A stretch of 63,974 nucleotides of DNA, counting the filler, from Octopus bimaculoides (Eukaryota), in the NCBI RefSeq assembly GCF_001194135.2. It is 7 parts of 6 records of this genome, joined end to end, with 100 filler letters (N's around TTAATTAATTAA, not from the genome) between each part and the next. Parts side by side here need not be neighbours in the genome. Positions count along the whole stretch, not along the records: positions 8,171 to 22,921 come from NC_068986.1; positions 23,022 to 39,203 come from NC_068991.1; 5 more parts are not named here. The stretch is one strand, 5' to 3'. The notes below the pieces were generated by a model that saw nothing but the letters and a program-made list of their open reading frames with translations, did not search any database and was not told the DNA's origin. Positions 11,566 to 25,454 of the stretch are shown one piece after another; within the stretch, counting starts at the first letter, position 1; the number at the start of each line of letters is the position of its first letter. The translations under genes and the position numbers were made by a program.

Positions 11566-12888
11566 CAGACTTAGACCTTGGGTGGGGTGGCCTTAGCAGA
11601 TCCTACTCAGTTGTCAACATTTGGTCCATGTCTCTGATCTGTGGATAACCCATGAGTCATGATTTATGCCTCTTTCCCCATCTCCAGACAAGAATTCCAT
11701 ATGATTTTCCCAATGTCAACTGTGGGTGCACAGGAGATGTAGTGAGATCACACATAGGTTAACAGAGCAGGTATACATATGTAGCAGGTGCACAGGGGTA
11801 ATAATCAGTAAAACCTCATAGAAAATAGGTTCTGTCAAATGATTGGTAGACTCTCTAGTTAAAGATAGCTTCTGTTACCTGGAGGACCTAATTAGCATTG
11901 GGGCAGATGTTCTGAAAGCATACTAGGCAGAGTGAGAAGGAGTTGGAAAAGCTCAGGAAGCTATTATATCTGCTTGTAACAGGGTTTCTCCCTCAGAGTG
12001 AAGGGCTGATATCTGGGAAGGTGTCCTTACTACTAAATACACCGTCCTTCTAATTTAGTTTGCTTATGGTTCTTGTGTACCTGCAGTTTGCATTGGATAT
12101 ACAATACAGAATCCCTATCTACTTCTTTTCTGTATTCTGAGTACAGCCACTTTCCAGATGTCAATAGAGTTTTGTATTCTTCCTTAGATTTTTGTATTTT
12201 TTAGGCTTACTTTTAATATCAGTTTCTGCTTCTGCATTCAAAACTTACACAGTATCAAGTTTCTGTCAACTCTCTTGATATTTATTGACCCAGACCTTTT
12301 TACTGTTCTCTTTTGGTTTTCATGTACCCCACCATCCTCCAACACTTTATTTTAGGGCATTTTCACTGTTTGACTTACAATCAGTTATCTATATTCAGAA
12401 TTCCTGCAGGTCATATTTTGTCAATGTAAACAACATCAACATTGTAAAAGTTCCCATGTGTTGTTAAGCTTGAGTTCTTCTGTAATTCGTGGCAAAACCT
12501 TAAAATTAAGAGAAGAGAACTGAACATTATTAAATTCCCCACCAAACACAGCCTTTAGATACATAGCTTAAACAACTTTAACTTTTTGTTTAACAGTATT
12601 TAAACTTATCATTGTCCACTGACAGCAGACTGATAAATACTATCATTACATTGACTGATTGAGGATATACTTGTTTTTTTTTTATAACCAAAACACTTTC
12701 CTATCACTACAGAAACTTACTTTGATTCAAATACATGCTGCACATATTTGACCTAATTTATTAGCCAGACTTAGATCTTGGGTGGGGTGGCCTTAGCAGA
12801 TCCTACTCAGTTGTCAACATTTGGTCCATGTCTCTGATCTGTGGATAACCCATGAGTCATGATTTATGCCTCTTTCCCCATCTCCAGA
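11566..12888 (+). repeat. 123-bp direct repeat (11566-11688 and 12766-12888)
   Basis: Identical except one base (11576 C vs 12776 T); offset exactly 1200 bp. Confidence 0.95.
11700..12050 (+). mobile_element. Decayed RTE-clade LINE reverse-transcriptase C-terminal fragment
   Basis: Broken translation DSFCYLEDLIS...FSLRVKG resembles the RTE RT thumb region. Confidence 0.55.
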
Positions 12889-15629
12889 TTCAGGGGTCCT
12901 GTGAAAAAGTATTGTGTTCTGCCCTTCTTTCCATAAGTCATTTAAAATAATTTTTAAAATCTTTCTATTGTGTTACTTCTTTATAACTCTGCTACCTACA
13001 TAATTATGGATATTTGTTGCAGTTAACAAAATATTACTTGTGTATATTTGATCTAAGTAGATCTTTAATCAAAGGTATTCCAGTTGTGACCATCCTGTCT
13101 ATTTTTATGTATGCAAGACTACATTATATAATGTGTCCTCTCCTTATTTAAGACTGTAAAGTATGATCTAAGGATTACAAATAGTGGCCACTTGAGTGAC
13201 CATGTAAATGCTTTCTTGTTGACTTGTGTGCACATCTGTATTAGTTCATGGTGTTGCTACATTTTCCTGCACAGTTTGATTAGCTGTGTGTGTGATTAAT
13301 GTGATTCTGACTCATTGCTTTCAGCATTTCCAACAACTATTACTTGAAGTCCTGCCATCTTGTATTCATATCCTTAATTAATTTCTCTGGTTACTAGTTA
13401 CAGCTGTCCCTTCTATTTGCTTATATATGACCTATCCTATTTATTTTCCTTGTTCAGCAGCTTTTCACTGTCCACTTTCCATGCTTCTGTCTTTTCATTC
13501 TTAGAGAGCATGCAAGTCTACTCCTAATTTCAAATGCAGTTCTTTCCAATAACTTCCTCATTTGTTTTTGACTCACTGTCTTGTAATCCATGACACTTGA
13601 CACTCATCTTACTGGCAAACCTGTGCTTGTATTCCTTAAGTTATTTACCTAACCTACTATCTACTGTTATGCATTTATACTAAATTAGTTATTTTCTCTA
13701 CTGTGTCACACTATGTTATATATTGTTTGGTTCAGCTTTGGTCCATTGAACATATCCACTCGCTTACAGTAGTGTGTTTCTAAGGCATGCCTACATCATT
13801 AAGCTGGTTACGTTTGTCTCTCTCTGTGTCTAAACAGAGTGCAATTAAAGATATATCCCCACAATTTACATCACTCTGCTTTAATATCTTCTTTAAGGAT
13901 ATGGTTCTTCTTTCCTTTTTCTTGCATTTTGCTTCGTCTCACCAACTCTTAATGTATAGTTTTCTCTAGGGATAGCTTTTATGTTTATGATTACTTGTCT
14001 CCCATTCAGAACAATGCTGTAGGTAGTCAGCTGGATGAGTGGAAAACTTCAGAAAGCCATCCAATGTAGTTATATATTGTTCTGATACCTATTTAAGAAA
14101 TTATTCTCAAAAGCATGGACTTCTGTAATTTGTGTTAAAGAAGATTAATTTATTTACATCATTGAACTTTATGGACAGATGAAAATTAATAATACATCTT
14201 ACTAAAATCCTAATATGTCAGTTATTCACCTTTTAGTTTTCCTTAAAACCTTTTAATACTGATCCTTTTGCTTGTTAATCCTATTTATGGGTTTATGAAT
14301 AGCTTGTGCCTCATTTTTATTTAGTATTAAATTGAAAGCCTTAAATTTATGTTATACAAGCAATAGAAAAGGTATGAGTAATACTGTATAGGGACAAACA
14401 CTGCATTAAACTGTTTTGTTTCCCACTTTGGTATTGTTTAGGCAGAACTTTTTAATTGGTTATCGAAATATTTTGGAACAGTATTATTGGTATTTTGTAG
14501 CTTCTTTGTAACAAGGCAGCAAATAGTACTCTGTCATACAATGTATGCATAATGTACTCCAACATTGAATCTGAAGAATTTGCTGTAGTTTGAGTATATT
14601 GTCTATTTGGTTGGAAATGTTGAGAAAGCAAGTATTGGTCAAGAAAGATGATTATACAACACAAACGAATGATTGCATACTTTGTATAGTTGAGATAAGC
14701 CAAGGTTAACTTGAGATGAAATAGTGTGATGAGACCAAAGTACTTTGGAGCTCACTGATGATGCAAACATTGAGTTGAGGATGCATGAAAACTATTTTGT
14801 TACAAGCCCTCCAGTCCATTTCAACATAGAAAAATGTTGATATGGAAAAGAAATTGGGTGATACAAGTATTGGGTGATGTATCTAAAAGATATGATAGTT
14901 TGGATAGTTTGGACTTGTGAAGAGATTGAGGCAGAAGTTTAGGAAGTTGAAATTTGTCAAAAATGAATAAGAGATAATGAAATATGTGAATGCTATAGAG
15001 CTTATCCCAAAGCTAACATGCAGAATTATTGATTTAAATACTTTGCAATTATATTTTATAATACACCAGAAGTTGCAAATTATGTTTCCTATAGAAAAAT
15101 ACATCATAATACAAATTTTTGTCAATCAAGAGAAAGCATAATTATGTTTTATAATGATAACGTGTATTAGCGTATTTTTTCCTGAAGATTGCATTTTTTT
15201 CTTTTTCTTCTTTTATATTTTTTCTTATCCTATTTGCATTTATAATGGTTGTTTCCATCATTGTTGTTATACATGGTTTCAGAAATACATCATAAGAAAA
15301 CAAGAAGTTATTACATTTTGGAATACATACAGAGCAGTATTAAAGGTTAATAAGAATCGGCTAAGTTAACAAATATTGTGTCACAACCCCTGGATAATAT
15401 TTAGTGCAAATTGTACTACCCCTATTTTCTGGGGTATGCCTATGTGCATCATCATCATCATCATCACCATCATTGCTGTTGTCATTGTTGTCTCCACTTT
15501 CGTTACTCTTTATATATTAATATGAATTTATATATCATCTGTTAGTTTGAGGGGGCGAGTGCAGGACTCTAAAAATCATTTTTTTAACAGAAACTGAAAG
15601 GAGTATGTATGTATGTCTGTCTGTCTGTC

Positions 15630-15990
15630 TTTGTGGTAACAAGTTTGCTTCCCAACTACATGGATCCAGATTCAGTCCCAGTGTGGCACCTTGGGCAAGT
15701 GCCTTTTACTATAGTCCTGGGCCAGTTAAAGCTTTCTGAGTGTGAAGACAGAAACTGAAAGAATCCTGTTGCATATGTGTATGTGTATGCAGACATGCAT
15801 TTGTGTCTCCTTGCTTTGACATTGTGTGATAATTGTAAATGAGTGTCACTGTCATTCAAGCAGTGTTCTTTTCTTCCTATCTACCATGAAAACATGTCCA
15901 GTCAAGTGGAAATATTACATTCCTTGGAAACAGGTGAGAGTTGGCAAGAGGAAGTACATCTTGCCATAGAAAATCTGTTGCTATGAATTG
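15630..15990 (+). mobile_element. SINE family C, CpG-decayed
   Basis: TTGCTTCCCAAC..GATTCAGTCCCAGTGTGGCACCTTGGGCAAGTG core; tail ending TTGGAAACAGGTGAG..GCCATAGAAAATCTG. Confidence 0.7.
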
Positions 15991-16687
15991 CATCTGACTC
16001 TTGCAAAGAAAAGTAGATGATGAGGATGATGATGTGTGTGCATTGAGTTGTGTCCCTTGTGTAAAAAAATGTAATTTAGCCATTTAATAAATACAGGCCA
16101 ATAAAATTTGTATTTGGCTTATTATACTTGACTAAAACCTTTCAAGGTTGGTTAACAGCTTCAACACAGTCCAGAGACAGTAACTGGTAAAAGAATAAAA
16201 GAATTTTTGAGTAACACAAATAATAACTTCTTTTATATTCAATGTTTGATAAACGTATATCAAGATATAGAGCACTGTGGTTTAAACTATAAGACATTTG
16301 GTAGCTTGGAATGAGTTTCATGCAACTTAATTTAAGCAGTTTGAAAGGCAATAGTATGCAATACTTGATGAAACTTAACGGACATGAAACTAATTGGTTT
16401 GATCTACATTCTAATTTGCAGAAGTCCTTGTAGTTTAGCTACTGGCTCTAATTTCACAGCAAGACTAAATATATGTTCATTAAACATATGGATAATATGT
16501 ACATATTTCTTCATAACCCATGCTTTAATATTCCACTTATTAATGTACAAGTTTTCTTGTATGATTATATCCTGAATCAAATGTATCTATGAATTATTTA
16601 TTTTCCTGTGGAAATTGTCATTTCTGTTTCTTCATGTCTAGAAATTAAGAATTCTGTTTCTCACATCATACTATCATTACACTGTTT

Positions 16688-16922
16688 CTTATTTCTTTAT
16701 TGCCCACAAGGGGCTAAGCATAGAGGGGACAAACAAGGACAGACAAAGGGATTAAGTCGATGACATCAACCCCAGTGCGTAACTGGTACTTAATTTATCG
16801 ACCCCGAAAGGATGAAAAGCAAAGTCGACCTCGGCCGAATTTGAACTTGGAACGTAAAGACCAATGAAATACTGCTAAGCATTTCGCCCGGTGTGCTAAT
16901 GTTTCTGACAGCTCGCCGCCTT
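16688..16922 (-). mobile_element. SINE family A, full length, alternative 3' tail
   Basis: On the - strand: GGCGGCGAGCTGTCAGAAACATTAGCACACCGGGCG head and GTTCAAATTC B box. Confidence 0.85.
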
Positions 16923-18377
16923 TTTTACACTGTTTCTCTAATTGTTACTTAGCAAAATTCTTATTTTATTAAAAAAATTCATTTACTTCAATCTCCTATT
17001 TGCATACATGTTGCTGGTGTCATCAATGTCTCTGTTGAAATGGAGCATAAAGTTGTTTTTAACTCTTNNNNNNNNNNNNNNNNNNNNNNNNNNNNNNNNN
17101 NNNNNNNNNNNNNNNNNNNNNNNNNNNNNNNNNNNNNNNNNNNNNNNNNNNNNNNNNNNNNNNNNNNNNNNNNNNNNNNNNNNNNNNNNNNNNNNNNNNN
17201 NNNNNNNNNNNNNNNNNNNNNNNNNNNNNNNNNNNNNNNNNNNNNNNNNNNNNNNNNNNNNNNNNNNNNNNNNNNNNNNNNNNNNNNNNNNNNNNNNNNN
17301 NNNNNNNNNNNNNNNNNNNNNNNNNNNNNNNNNNNNNNNNNNNNNNNNNNNNNNNNNNNNNNNNNNNNNNNNNNNNNNNNNNNNNNNNNNNNNNNNNNNN
17401 NNNNNNNNNNNNNNNNNNNNNNNNNNNNNNNNNNNNNNNNNNNNNNNNNNNNNNNNNNNNNNNNNNNNNNNNNNNNNNNNNNNNNNNNNNNNNNNNNNNN
17501 NNNNNNNNNNNNNNNNNNNNNNNNNNNNNNNNNNNNNNNNNNNNNNNNNNNNNNNNNNNNNNNNNNNNNNNNNNNNNNNNNNNNNNNNNNNNNNNNNNNN
17601 NNNNNNNNNNNNNNNNNNNNNNNNNNNNNNNNNNNNNNNNNNNNNNNNNNNNNNNNNNNNNNNNNNNNNNNNNNNNNNNNNNNNNNNNNNNNNNNNNNNN
17701 NNNNNNNNNNNNNNNNNNNNNNNNNNNNNNNNNNNNNNNNNNNNNNNNNNNNNNNNNNNNNNNNNNNNNNNNNNNNNNNNNNNNNNNNNNNNNNNNNNNN
17801 NNNNNNNNNNNNNNNNNNNNNNNNNNNNNNNNNNNNNNNNNNNNNNNNNNNNNNNNNNNNNNNNNNNNNNNNNNNNNNNNNNNNNNNNNNNNNNNNNNNN
17901 NNNNNNNNNNNNNNNNNNNNNNNNNNNNNNNNNNNNNNNNNNNNNNNNNNNNNNNNNNNNNNNNNNNNNNNNNNNNNNNNNNNNNNNNNNNTAATCACAC
18001 TTTACTATCTTAAAAAAAAGAAGAATGAACATAGATAATGTTGTTCTGCATTACCCTTCCCCAAGACATGATGGTCATGATTGAAATGCCTTTGGTCATG
18101 GATATACAGACCTGGAGCTAAACCACAACAATACTGTTTGTACTGGCCAATAAAAGGGATCTGTATGTGGTTACTGACCTAGAAATAGGTATTGTATTCC
18201 TAGCTTATCTAAAATGACAGGATGGCCCTACCTTGAATGCCTTTGATCATAGGTATGCTTAAGCAAAGCTGCAACAATGACTATAACTGTATTTGTGTAT
18301 TCATGTCTATTAAACTGGTTACCTTTGGAGGATAAGATTCCATGTGAAAGTTTCTACTTCAAAACTTTATCATTATA

Positions 18378-18790
18378 GGTGCAGCAGGAATGGCTGTGTG
18401 GTAAGAAGTTTATTTCCTGAATCTCATGGTCCTGAGTTCAGTCCTGCTGCATGGTACTTTGGGCAAGTGGCTTCTACTGTCCCTCAGGTCAACCAAAGCA
18501 TTGTGAATGGATTTGATGTGCAGAAACTCAAAGAAGCCCAACATGTGTGTGTGTGTGTGTGTGCGCACGTGCATGTGTGCATGTGTATTATTATTGTCTC
18601 CTTGCTTTGACTTCACATGAATTGTAAACGAATGTCACTGCCATATAAGTGGTGTCCTTCATTTACAGTCTTCTGTGAAAATATGTCTAATCATAGGGGA
18701 ATATTACCTTACTTGGAAACAAGTGAGGGTCGGTGACAGGGACAACCTCTGGTTGCAGAAAATCCATTTCAACACATTTAGTCTCAACAA
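18378..18790 (+). mobile_element. SINE family C with internal (GT)n
   Basis: GGAATGGCTGTGTGGTAAGAAG head, GAGTTCAGTCC B-box-like motif, same tail as 15630. Confidence 0.75.
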
Positions 18791-19156
18791 TGCAAACATG
18801 GAGAAGTGGTGGACATGATGCTGATCTGTTGAGAATAAATTTGTATTCAGTACACCTAAATTTTGTTTGATACATGTTTTTATGCTTTAATAGAAACCCT
18901 CTTAACTAAAATGACTAAATTGGAAAGTCTTTTACTGTTAACTTGATTTGTTGTTGCTTGAATTGTATGAGAACAGCAATAGAAGCTGAAGTGGCTAGTT
19001 ATAGTTTCTTGGATGTTTTGATATATTCTTTAAATAGATACAGTCTTAGTTATATCCTTTTTTTTTTTTTGATATGAACTTCCTTTGAATTTCCTACCAC
19101 AGATATTCAAATATTTTGCTAATAAGCCATCAACCTAGTAAAATAATTTACTCTCA

Positions 19157-20150
19157 GTCATTATTATTATTATTATGATGTGAGAGAGCAGTGCATGCCA
19201 TCAAAGTGACACTGGGGTACAAATGTAAGAAACTCGATATACCCATCATGACTACCTGTCTGATAAGGGTACACCAGGCACCTGCATCAGAACTATATGT
19301 GCGTGACATATTATTTGACTGTTCACTTTCAGCATGCACTTTGGGTTTCCTTTCTTTGTCCCCACCATAAGCTCCATCTTCTTGCAATTTATAAACTGAC
19401 CCTTCTTGTCACATTCTCTAACCATTACACATCAAAGTCTCTGAAGTTCCTTTTCCGATTCTGCAAGTAAGACTGTGTTGTCTGCTTATCTTATGTTTGT
19501 GATGTTTGTACCTCCTACTCTAAGACCTTTTTCCTTCTCCAGTTCTCTTATGATTTATTCACTGTAGTAATTGAAGAGATTCGGTGACATAACACAATCT
19601 TGTCTAACCCCTTTCCTGATACTAGTGTATTCACTACATTCTCCATCCACCTTTATGCATGCAAATTTGTTTCAGTACAGGCTCTGCAATATTCAGAAGC
19701 CTTTCCTATGCAGATAAAGGTTACTGAGTTCTTCAAATAACATTCCAAGTCTTACTTTGTAGAAGGCCTTTGTGTAAGCTATGAAATACATGAAGATGTC
19801 TTTTTGCATCTCTACCACCTGCTCTGTTAACATTCTCAATACAAAAATAGCATTCCTAGTACCAGCACCCCTTATAAAGCCAAACTGTTCAATTCCAATC
19901 TCAGGTGTTATTCTACTTCTTGCCCACAGAAGTAAAATTCTCAGAATGTTCTTTGTATTGTGACTCATGAGATTAACTGTGCAATGTTATTTACTGTCCA
20001 CCACTTCTGATTTCTTTGAGTGCAGTAAAGATGAATTTACTCAGACTTCTGGAAATTTCTCATCATCATAGATCTTGTTTACTACATCTGTCAGTTTTTT
20101 AACCATATTGTTCTAATGCCTTTATCATCTCAATGACAGTTTTTAAATAT
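19157..20150 (-). mobile_element. RTE-clade LINE fragment (RT domain and 3' end with (TAA)n tail)
   Basis: ORF 19693-19968: EQFGFIRGAGTRNAIFVLRML...FIAYTKAFYKV, typical of RTE RT; (TAA)n tail at about 19160. Confidence 0.85.
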
Positions 20151-21573
20151 ATATATTTTTTCATATCTGGTAATGTCATATCAAATGCAGTAGTCAGTTT
20201 TAGTTGAAGAAAGTTAAGAAGAAAAAAGAAAAGCCCACTATTCAAAGATTCCTGCGCTAATATTGAGGGAGTTGCCACTCATTTCTTTTTAGTCTAGTCA
20301 TTTATCCAAATATCTTTTTTTTTTTGTTACTTTTTGATAGGTGATTCTGGCAAAAGATGATTCTAATTTACTACTTGTTCAACATTCTTTTACTGATTTA
20401 CTGATTCCATAATGAAAGAAACTATTGCAATTAGAAAGATGGCATCAACAGAACGTTTATAAGTTAGGAAGATTAACTTTGTGAATTTTTTGCACATCAG
20501 TCTTCCGAATATGTTGTCTCTTCTTCCTGTTAATGAGTGTTATTAATATTTAAAATGATTGTTTGTGGTAACTGCATTTTTAATATTTCTAGCACTTTAT
20601 ATACTTATTATGCTTAGCTATCATGTTAAATAAATTGATTTATGATGATGATGTATTAAGTTTGCAGGGGCTTTTTTCCCTCTTGTTCTTTAGAATAATT
20701 TCTAGCTCATCATCTAAGACTCTTATACACAAACAGCAAGTGCTTAAGAGAGGAAGAGAGAGAGAGAGAGAGAGAGAGAGTGTGAGGAAGATTCCAGATC
20801 TCTTGAATTATTCAAAGCTAACTTGAAATTGACATTCTTGCTATTATCCTTGAGAAAGCCATCTAGATTAATATATATTACTCTGTTGTAATGTATATGA
20901 CTGACTCCTTCAGTTTTACTTAATATGCAATGTGTGTGTGTGTGTAATGTATAATATAATGTGAATTATTCTTCTTGTACATAAAACTGAAAGCACAATT
21001 TATTTTAACAGAAACTGTACCAATAAATATTTTTTTAAACATCTCTATGACTAAGTTTAGCAACACATTAGTAATATTCTGTGTATTAGTATTTTTATTG
21101 CCATCATGAATATCTTTCGTCTTTCCTACTTGACACATTTGTTCATTGTTAGTTTTTATTACTGTGCAATTTTCTTTGTTTCACACCTCTTTCCTATTAT
21201 TATGTGCTCTATCTAGTTATTTCATCTCTAGCACTAGAAAGCTAGTTCCCTGATGTAGCTAGCTGTAATGATTGAACAATGTTATAAGTATATGAGAGAA
21301 ACATTACCAACTTTATCTCCTGGTAGCTGCTTTTTACAACCAAACACACATCGATGTATCGAGTTTCTCACTAAATACATGTTGCACTCAAATTTCTATG
21401 TATTTTGTTTTTTTCATTTAGGACTTTGTTGTTCTAAAGGAGGAGGGCAAGAAGGGGCTCACTTTATGATCATTCTGAACTGATAAGGTTAGTTTTGTTA
21501 ATATTTAGTTGCAATAATTGCTAGTAGTGATTTGGTGGTGATTTAAGATACATAGAGCAAGCAAGGTCTACAA

Positions 21574-22176
21574 CAGTGGATCTCAACTGGGGTCCATATA
21601 AGATTTTAGTGTAAGAATTTATCTGCAATAAACTGGTTATATTTCTACAATTCACAAAATCATGATCATCATCGTTGTTTAACGTCTGCTTTCCATGCTA
21701 GCATGGGTTGGACGATTTGACTGAGGACTGTGAAACCAGATGGCCACACCAGGCTCCAATCTGATTTGGCAGAGTTTCTACAGCTGGATGCCCTTCCTAA
21801 CACCAACCACTCTGAGAGTGTAGTGAGTGCTTTTACGTGCCACCAGCACTGGCAACGATCTTGCTCGAAAGTCCTTACACATGCCGCGAGCACAAGTGCC
21901 AGAAAGGCGATGCTGGGCACAGGTGCCATCACGATTTCGCTTTCGCTTGCCCCAACAGGTCTTCGCAAGCTGAGTTTCGTGTCCAATGAAGGAGACGACG
22001 TTGGCATGGGTGCCAGTCATCGAATATTTATGTATTTTTTAAAATATAATTCCTAATAATATTTAATCATAGAAATGTAATAGAAGTTTTTAGACATCAC
22101 TGATTATGATGGTCTCCCTCCCCTGAGTAAAATAGGAATCAAAGGTGTCGATAGGCAAAAAGATTGAAAACTACTG
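21574..22176. mobile_element. hAT-type MITE with an RTE-tail element (21662-22022) inserted in it
   Basis: Ends CAGTGGATCTCAAC / TTGAAAACTACTG; 8-bp TSD GTCTACAA / ATCTACAA; body homologous to 26490-26726. Confidence 0.8.
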
Positions 22177-22699
22177 ATCTACAAAGAAGACTGATAATTT
22201 TGATTGGTATATTTGTGAGCACTTTCATAGCTCCTATTCTTTTTCCTTTGTATATATTACTCTAGCAGAGAGGAGGGGTTGTAGTGTTGTAGAATAAGGC
22301 ACTAATTATTATATGTATTTTCCTTGTAGAAAGAACTTCCAACTAATTAAACACTTGTCAATAAATGGAATGGAACTGCTTATAGTGAATTCTACTATCA
22401 CATAGTGCTTATTTACTGTATGGTAACATTGAAACATCTTTACTTCATTCTAGTAATAAAATACAAATTGTCACTTAACATTTGACCCACAAATGAATAA
22501 CTCAGCTGGCTGTTTGCTCATATATTTTAACAATAATCTACCAATTCTTGTATGTACTGTTCTCTCTCTCTTGCCATGCCATGTATGTATGTATGTATGT
22601 ATGTATATATATATATATATATAAAAAAACAAATAGTAAATGAGTATATGCATATATACGCACAGGTATGTGCATACCGACATCCACCTGTATGTATAG

Positions 22700-22920
22700 G
22701 TGGATATCTGGGTACAGGACATTGCAAACAAAACGTAGACGAGAAAACACACAAGCCACATAGAGAACATTCTACTTCATCAGCTACCCCCGTTTTAACA
22801 CCGGTGTTTCAAAGAGCTGGGTAGGACGCATCGTTAAAATGGCTCTTCCCATAGACCGCAAATTAAATTTGTATACACAAATTAAATCTTGCCATGGAGG
22901 AATGTAGTGGCGGACAAAAA
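22700..22920 (-). mobile_element. Probable Penelope-like 3'-end repeat
   Basis: CpG-retaining block in CpG-poor DNA with CTGATGAAG and GAAACACCGGTGTT on the - strand; family assignment is inferred. Confidence 0.35.
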
Positions 22921-23021
22921 ANNNNNNNNNNNNNNNNNNNNNNNNNNNNNNNNNNNNNNNNNNNNTTAATTAATTAANNNNNNNNNNNNNNNNNNNNNNN
23001 NNNNNNNNNNNNNNNNNNNNN

Positions 23022-23063
<42 letters not shown>

Positions 23064-24189
23064 TTCATTAGTTTCAACTGGAAGTAGAGAAAGTACTCAG
23101 TGCCGTAGTAGAGTGAAAGAGTTTATTTAGTACGATTCAACGACCCATTACACTGGAGTTTCTCCACCAATGTTTTGTAATTTCCTGAGACAGAAATAGT
23201 CTGTTCCTGTCTGAAGAACTGGTAACACACTGGAAAGTTTCCAAAATATTAGGCCATTGGATCAGCTTTAAAAAAAACTCATCGTTTTCCTCTGTATGTG
23301 TGTGTGTGAATGAATGTATGTATGTGTATCTATGCATCTATCTGTCTGTCAGCCTGTTATCTTTTTCATTTTCTTGTTTAAGTAAGTACACTTTGGCCAT
23401 GCCTGAACTTGTAGTCTGGGTTGTAGTCTTGGCCATGCCAGGGTGCTGCCTTGAGGAATTTTTCATTTGAATGAATTGACTCTAGTCCTTTTAAAACCTA
23501 GTTCTTATTCTATTGGACTCTTTTGCTGAACTGCCAAGTTACAAGAATATAACCACACCAGACTTGGTCGTTAAGCAGTGGGGTGGGGGAAAGTTATACA
23601 CATAGTGAATAATTATAAAATCAGAGTTTGTTAAAATTTATTTAATTTTCAAAATTTGATAGGATCTATAGTCTGGATTTTATGCTTTTATGAATGTCTG
23701 ATTTGAAAATAATGACTGTTCCAGGCACTGCAGATGATGTAAAGCAATGGAATCACAAACATCAAGAAACATTTTGTTCATATTTATGCTCATTCTTATT
23801 TAATGGCTGCCCTCAATTCATTGACTGTGTCTGGTTTTGTACTGCGAACTTTATCCTTTAAGAATCTCTATTAAAAATGTCTAGTGGTTGAGGTCTAGTG
23901 TACATGGAGGAAAAGTTTCATCAAGGTAGGCCCTTATATTACTGTGATAGTGTGAGGGTGCAACATCTTACTGGAAATAAAACTTCACATCCTCAAAGTC
24001 CTACTGAATGCTTGGCATGACACATTGTTACAACAGGTTTAAGTAAATGGAACCAGTCACAGTAGCATCAAATATAAATGGTACAACCATCCATCCACCC
24101 CATCCATCCATACATACATGAACATGTGAGTAGAAAGCTCCAGGATGATAGTAACAATGATAATCAAAGCAGTCTATCATGGACCAATA

Positions 24190-25020
24190 ACTGTATTGCT
24201 AACTCTCACTTTGAAGTGTATGCATTTTCAATCAAAGAACGAAATATCAGCCAAATACCTGATATGCAAGAGGAACAGAGATGGAGGGAAAACACCAGAA
24301 TGTGATAACCAATGCAAACTTTGTGGAGTAAATACTGAAAATACCCCCACATCATAAGCAGTTGTCCAAAAATGTCATTAGAGTATTATCTACCAATGAG
24401 ACATGATGTTATAGCTAAGACACTGTATAATGAGATCAATTGGAACGATAATCCTGAGGCCAAAAAAATAAGAACCCACAGTATGGTAGGGGCCATAGAC
24501 ACTCATAATAAGAAGGAGTTCTGGTGTAATGTCCCAGTGAAAATCACAATAAAATGTAAACATAACAGACCAGACATAGTGATTTGGGACTGAGAAGAGA
24601 AACTGTACAGTTGTGGAAATCAGCTGCTCGGCAGATGTTAACAATAAAGCTAAAGATCAGTGAAAAAGAAAACACCTACACTGAACTATTGAGAAATCTA
24701 CAGTTACTCAACCCAGACTACAAGTTCAGGTTTACACCTGTAATTATTGAGGTACTGGCATGTGTAACACACTGCCTAAGTACAAATCTTGAGAAATTAG
24801 GCTTCCCAAAACCAGAAAGGAGAAAACTGATTTGAAGACTACAGATCCAAGTCATTACTGTACATAAAACAAAATATACTAATCTGCAAATGCACTGACT
24901 CCAAATACTGCACACACACACATATATAGAAAAAACCCTGTTGATGTTGAAATATCAGTGAAGGAGGCTTGAATCTAAGTTAAAAAACAATTCTCTTTAC
25001 TGGCAAGAATTCTTGAAAAA
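24190..25020 (+). mobile_element. R4/Dong-like non-LTR retrotransposon 3' fragment (zinc knuckle and restriction-like endonuclease)
   Basis: CKLCGVNTEN..HIISSCP, RHDVIAK, KHNRPDIVIWD motifs across frameshifts. Confidence 0.85.
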
Positions 25021-25048
25021 AAAATTAATAATGACATACATACATACA

Positions 25049-25430
25049 TTGTTGTTGGCACTCCGTCGCTTATGACGTCGAGGGTTCCAGTTGATCCGAT
25101 CAACGGAACAGCCTGCTCGCAAAATTAACGTGCAAGTGGCTGAGCACTCCACAGACACATGTACCCTTAACGTAGTTCTCGGGGATATTCAGCGTGACAC
25201 AGTGTGACAAGGCTGATCCTTTGAATTACAGGCACAACAGAAACAGGAAGTAAGAGTGACAGAAAGTTGTGGTGGAAGAGTACAGTAGGGTTCGCCACCA
25301 TCCCCTGCCGGAGCCTCGTGGAGCTTTTAGTGTTTTCGCTCCATAAACACTCACAACGCCCGGTCTGGGAATCGAAACCGCGATCCTATGACTGCGAGTC
25401 CGCTGACCTAACCACTGGGCTATTGCGCCT
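25049..25430 (-). mobile_element. Young full-length tRNA-derived SINE family B
   Basis: A box TAGCCCAGTGG (25412-25422), B box GTTTCGATTCC (25368-25378), (ACA)n tail; CpGs intact. Confidence 0.9.
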
Positions 25431-25454
25431 CCCCACATACATACATGTATGTAT

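Noticed and set aside
14450-15140. Purine-rich stretch that looks like a decayed ORF
   Set aside because: The stop density in the best frame is about what AT-rich random DNA would give, and no motif was recognised.
2036-18038. Long ORFs made of X residues
   Set aside because: They are read-through of N gaps.
21422-21488. Plus-strand block with a strong acceptor and GTTAGT donor
   Set aside because: Stops in all three frames and no linked exons; cannot be supported as coding.
22765-22815. GAAAC-ACCGGT-GTT palindrome and CTGATGAAG on the - strand as a hammerhead
   Set aside because: The core halves are in permuted order, and I could not form stem I or stem II.
25049-25430. tRNA genes
   Set aside because: All A/B-box sequences continue into SINE bodies and lack a complete cloverleaf.
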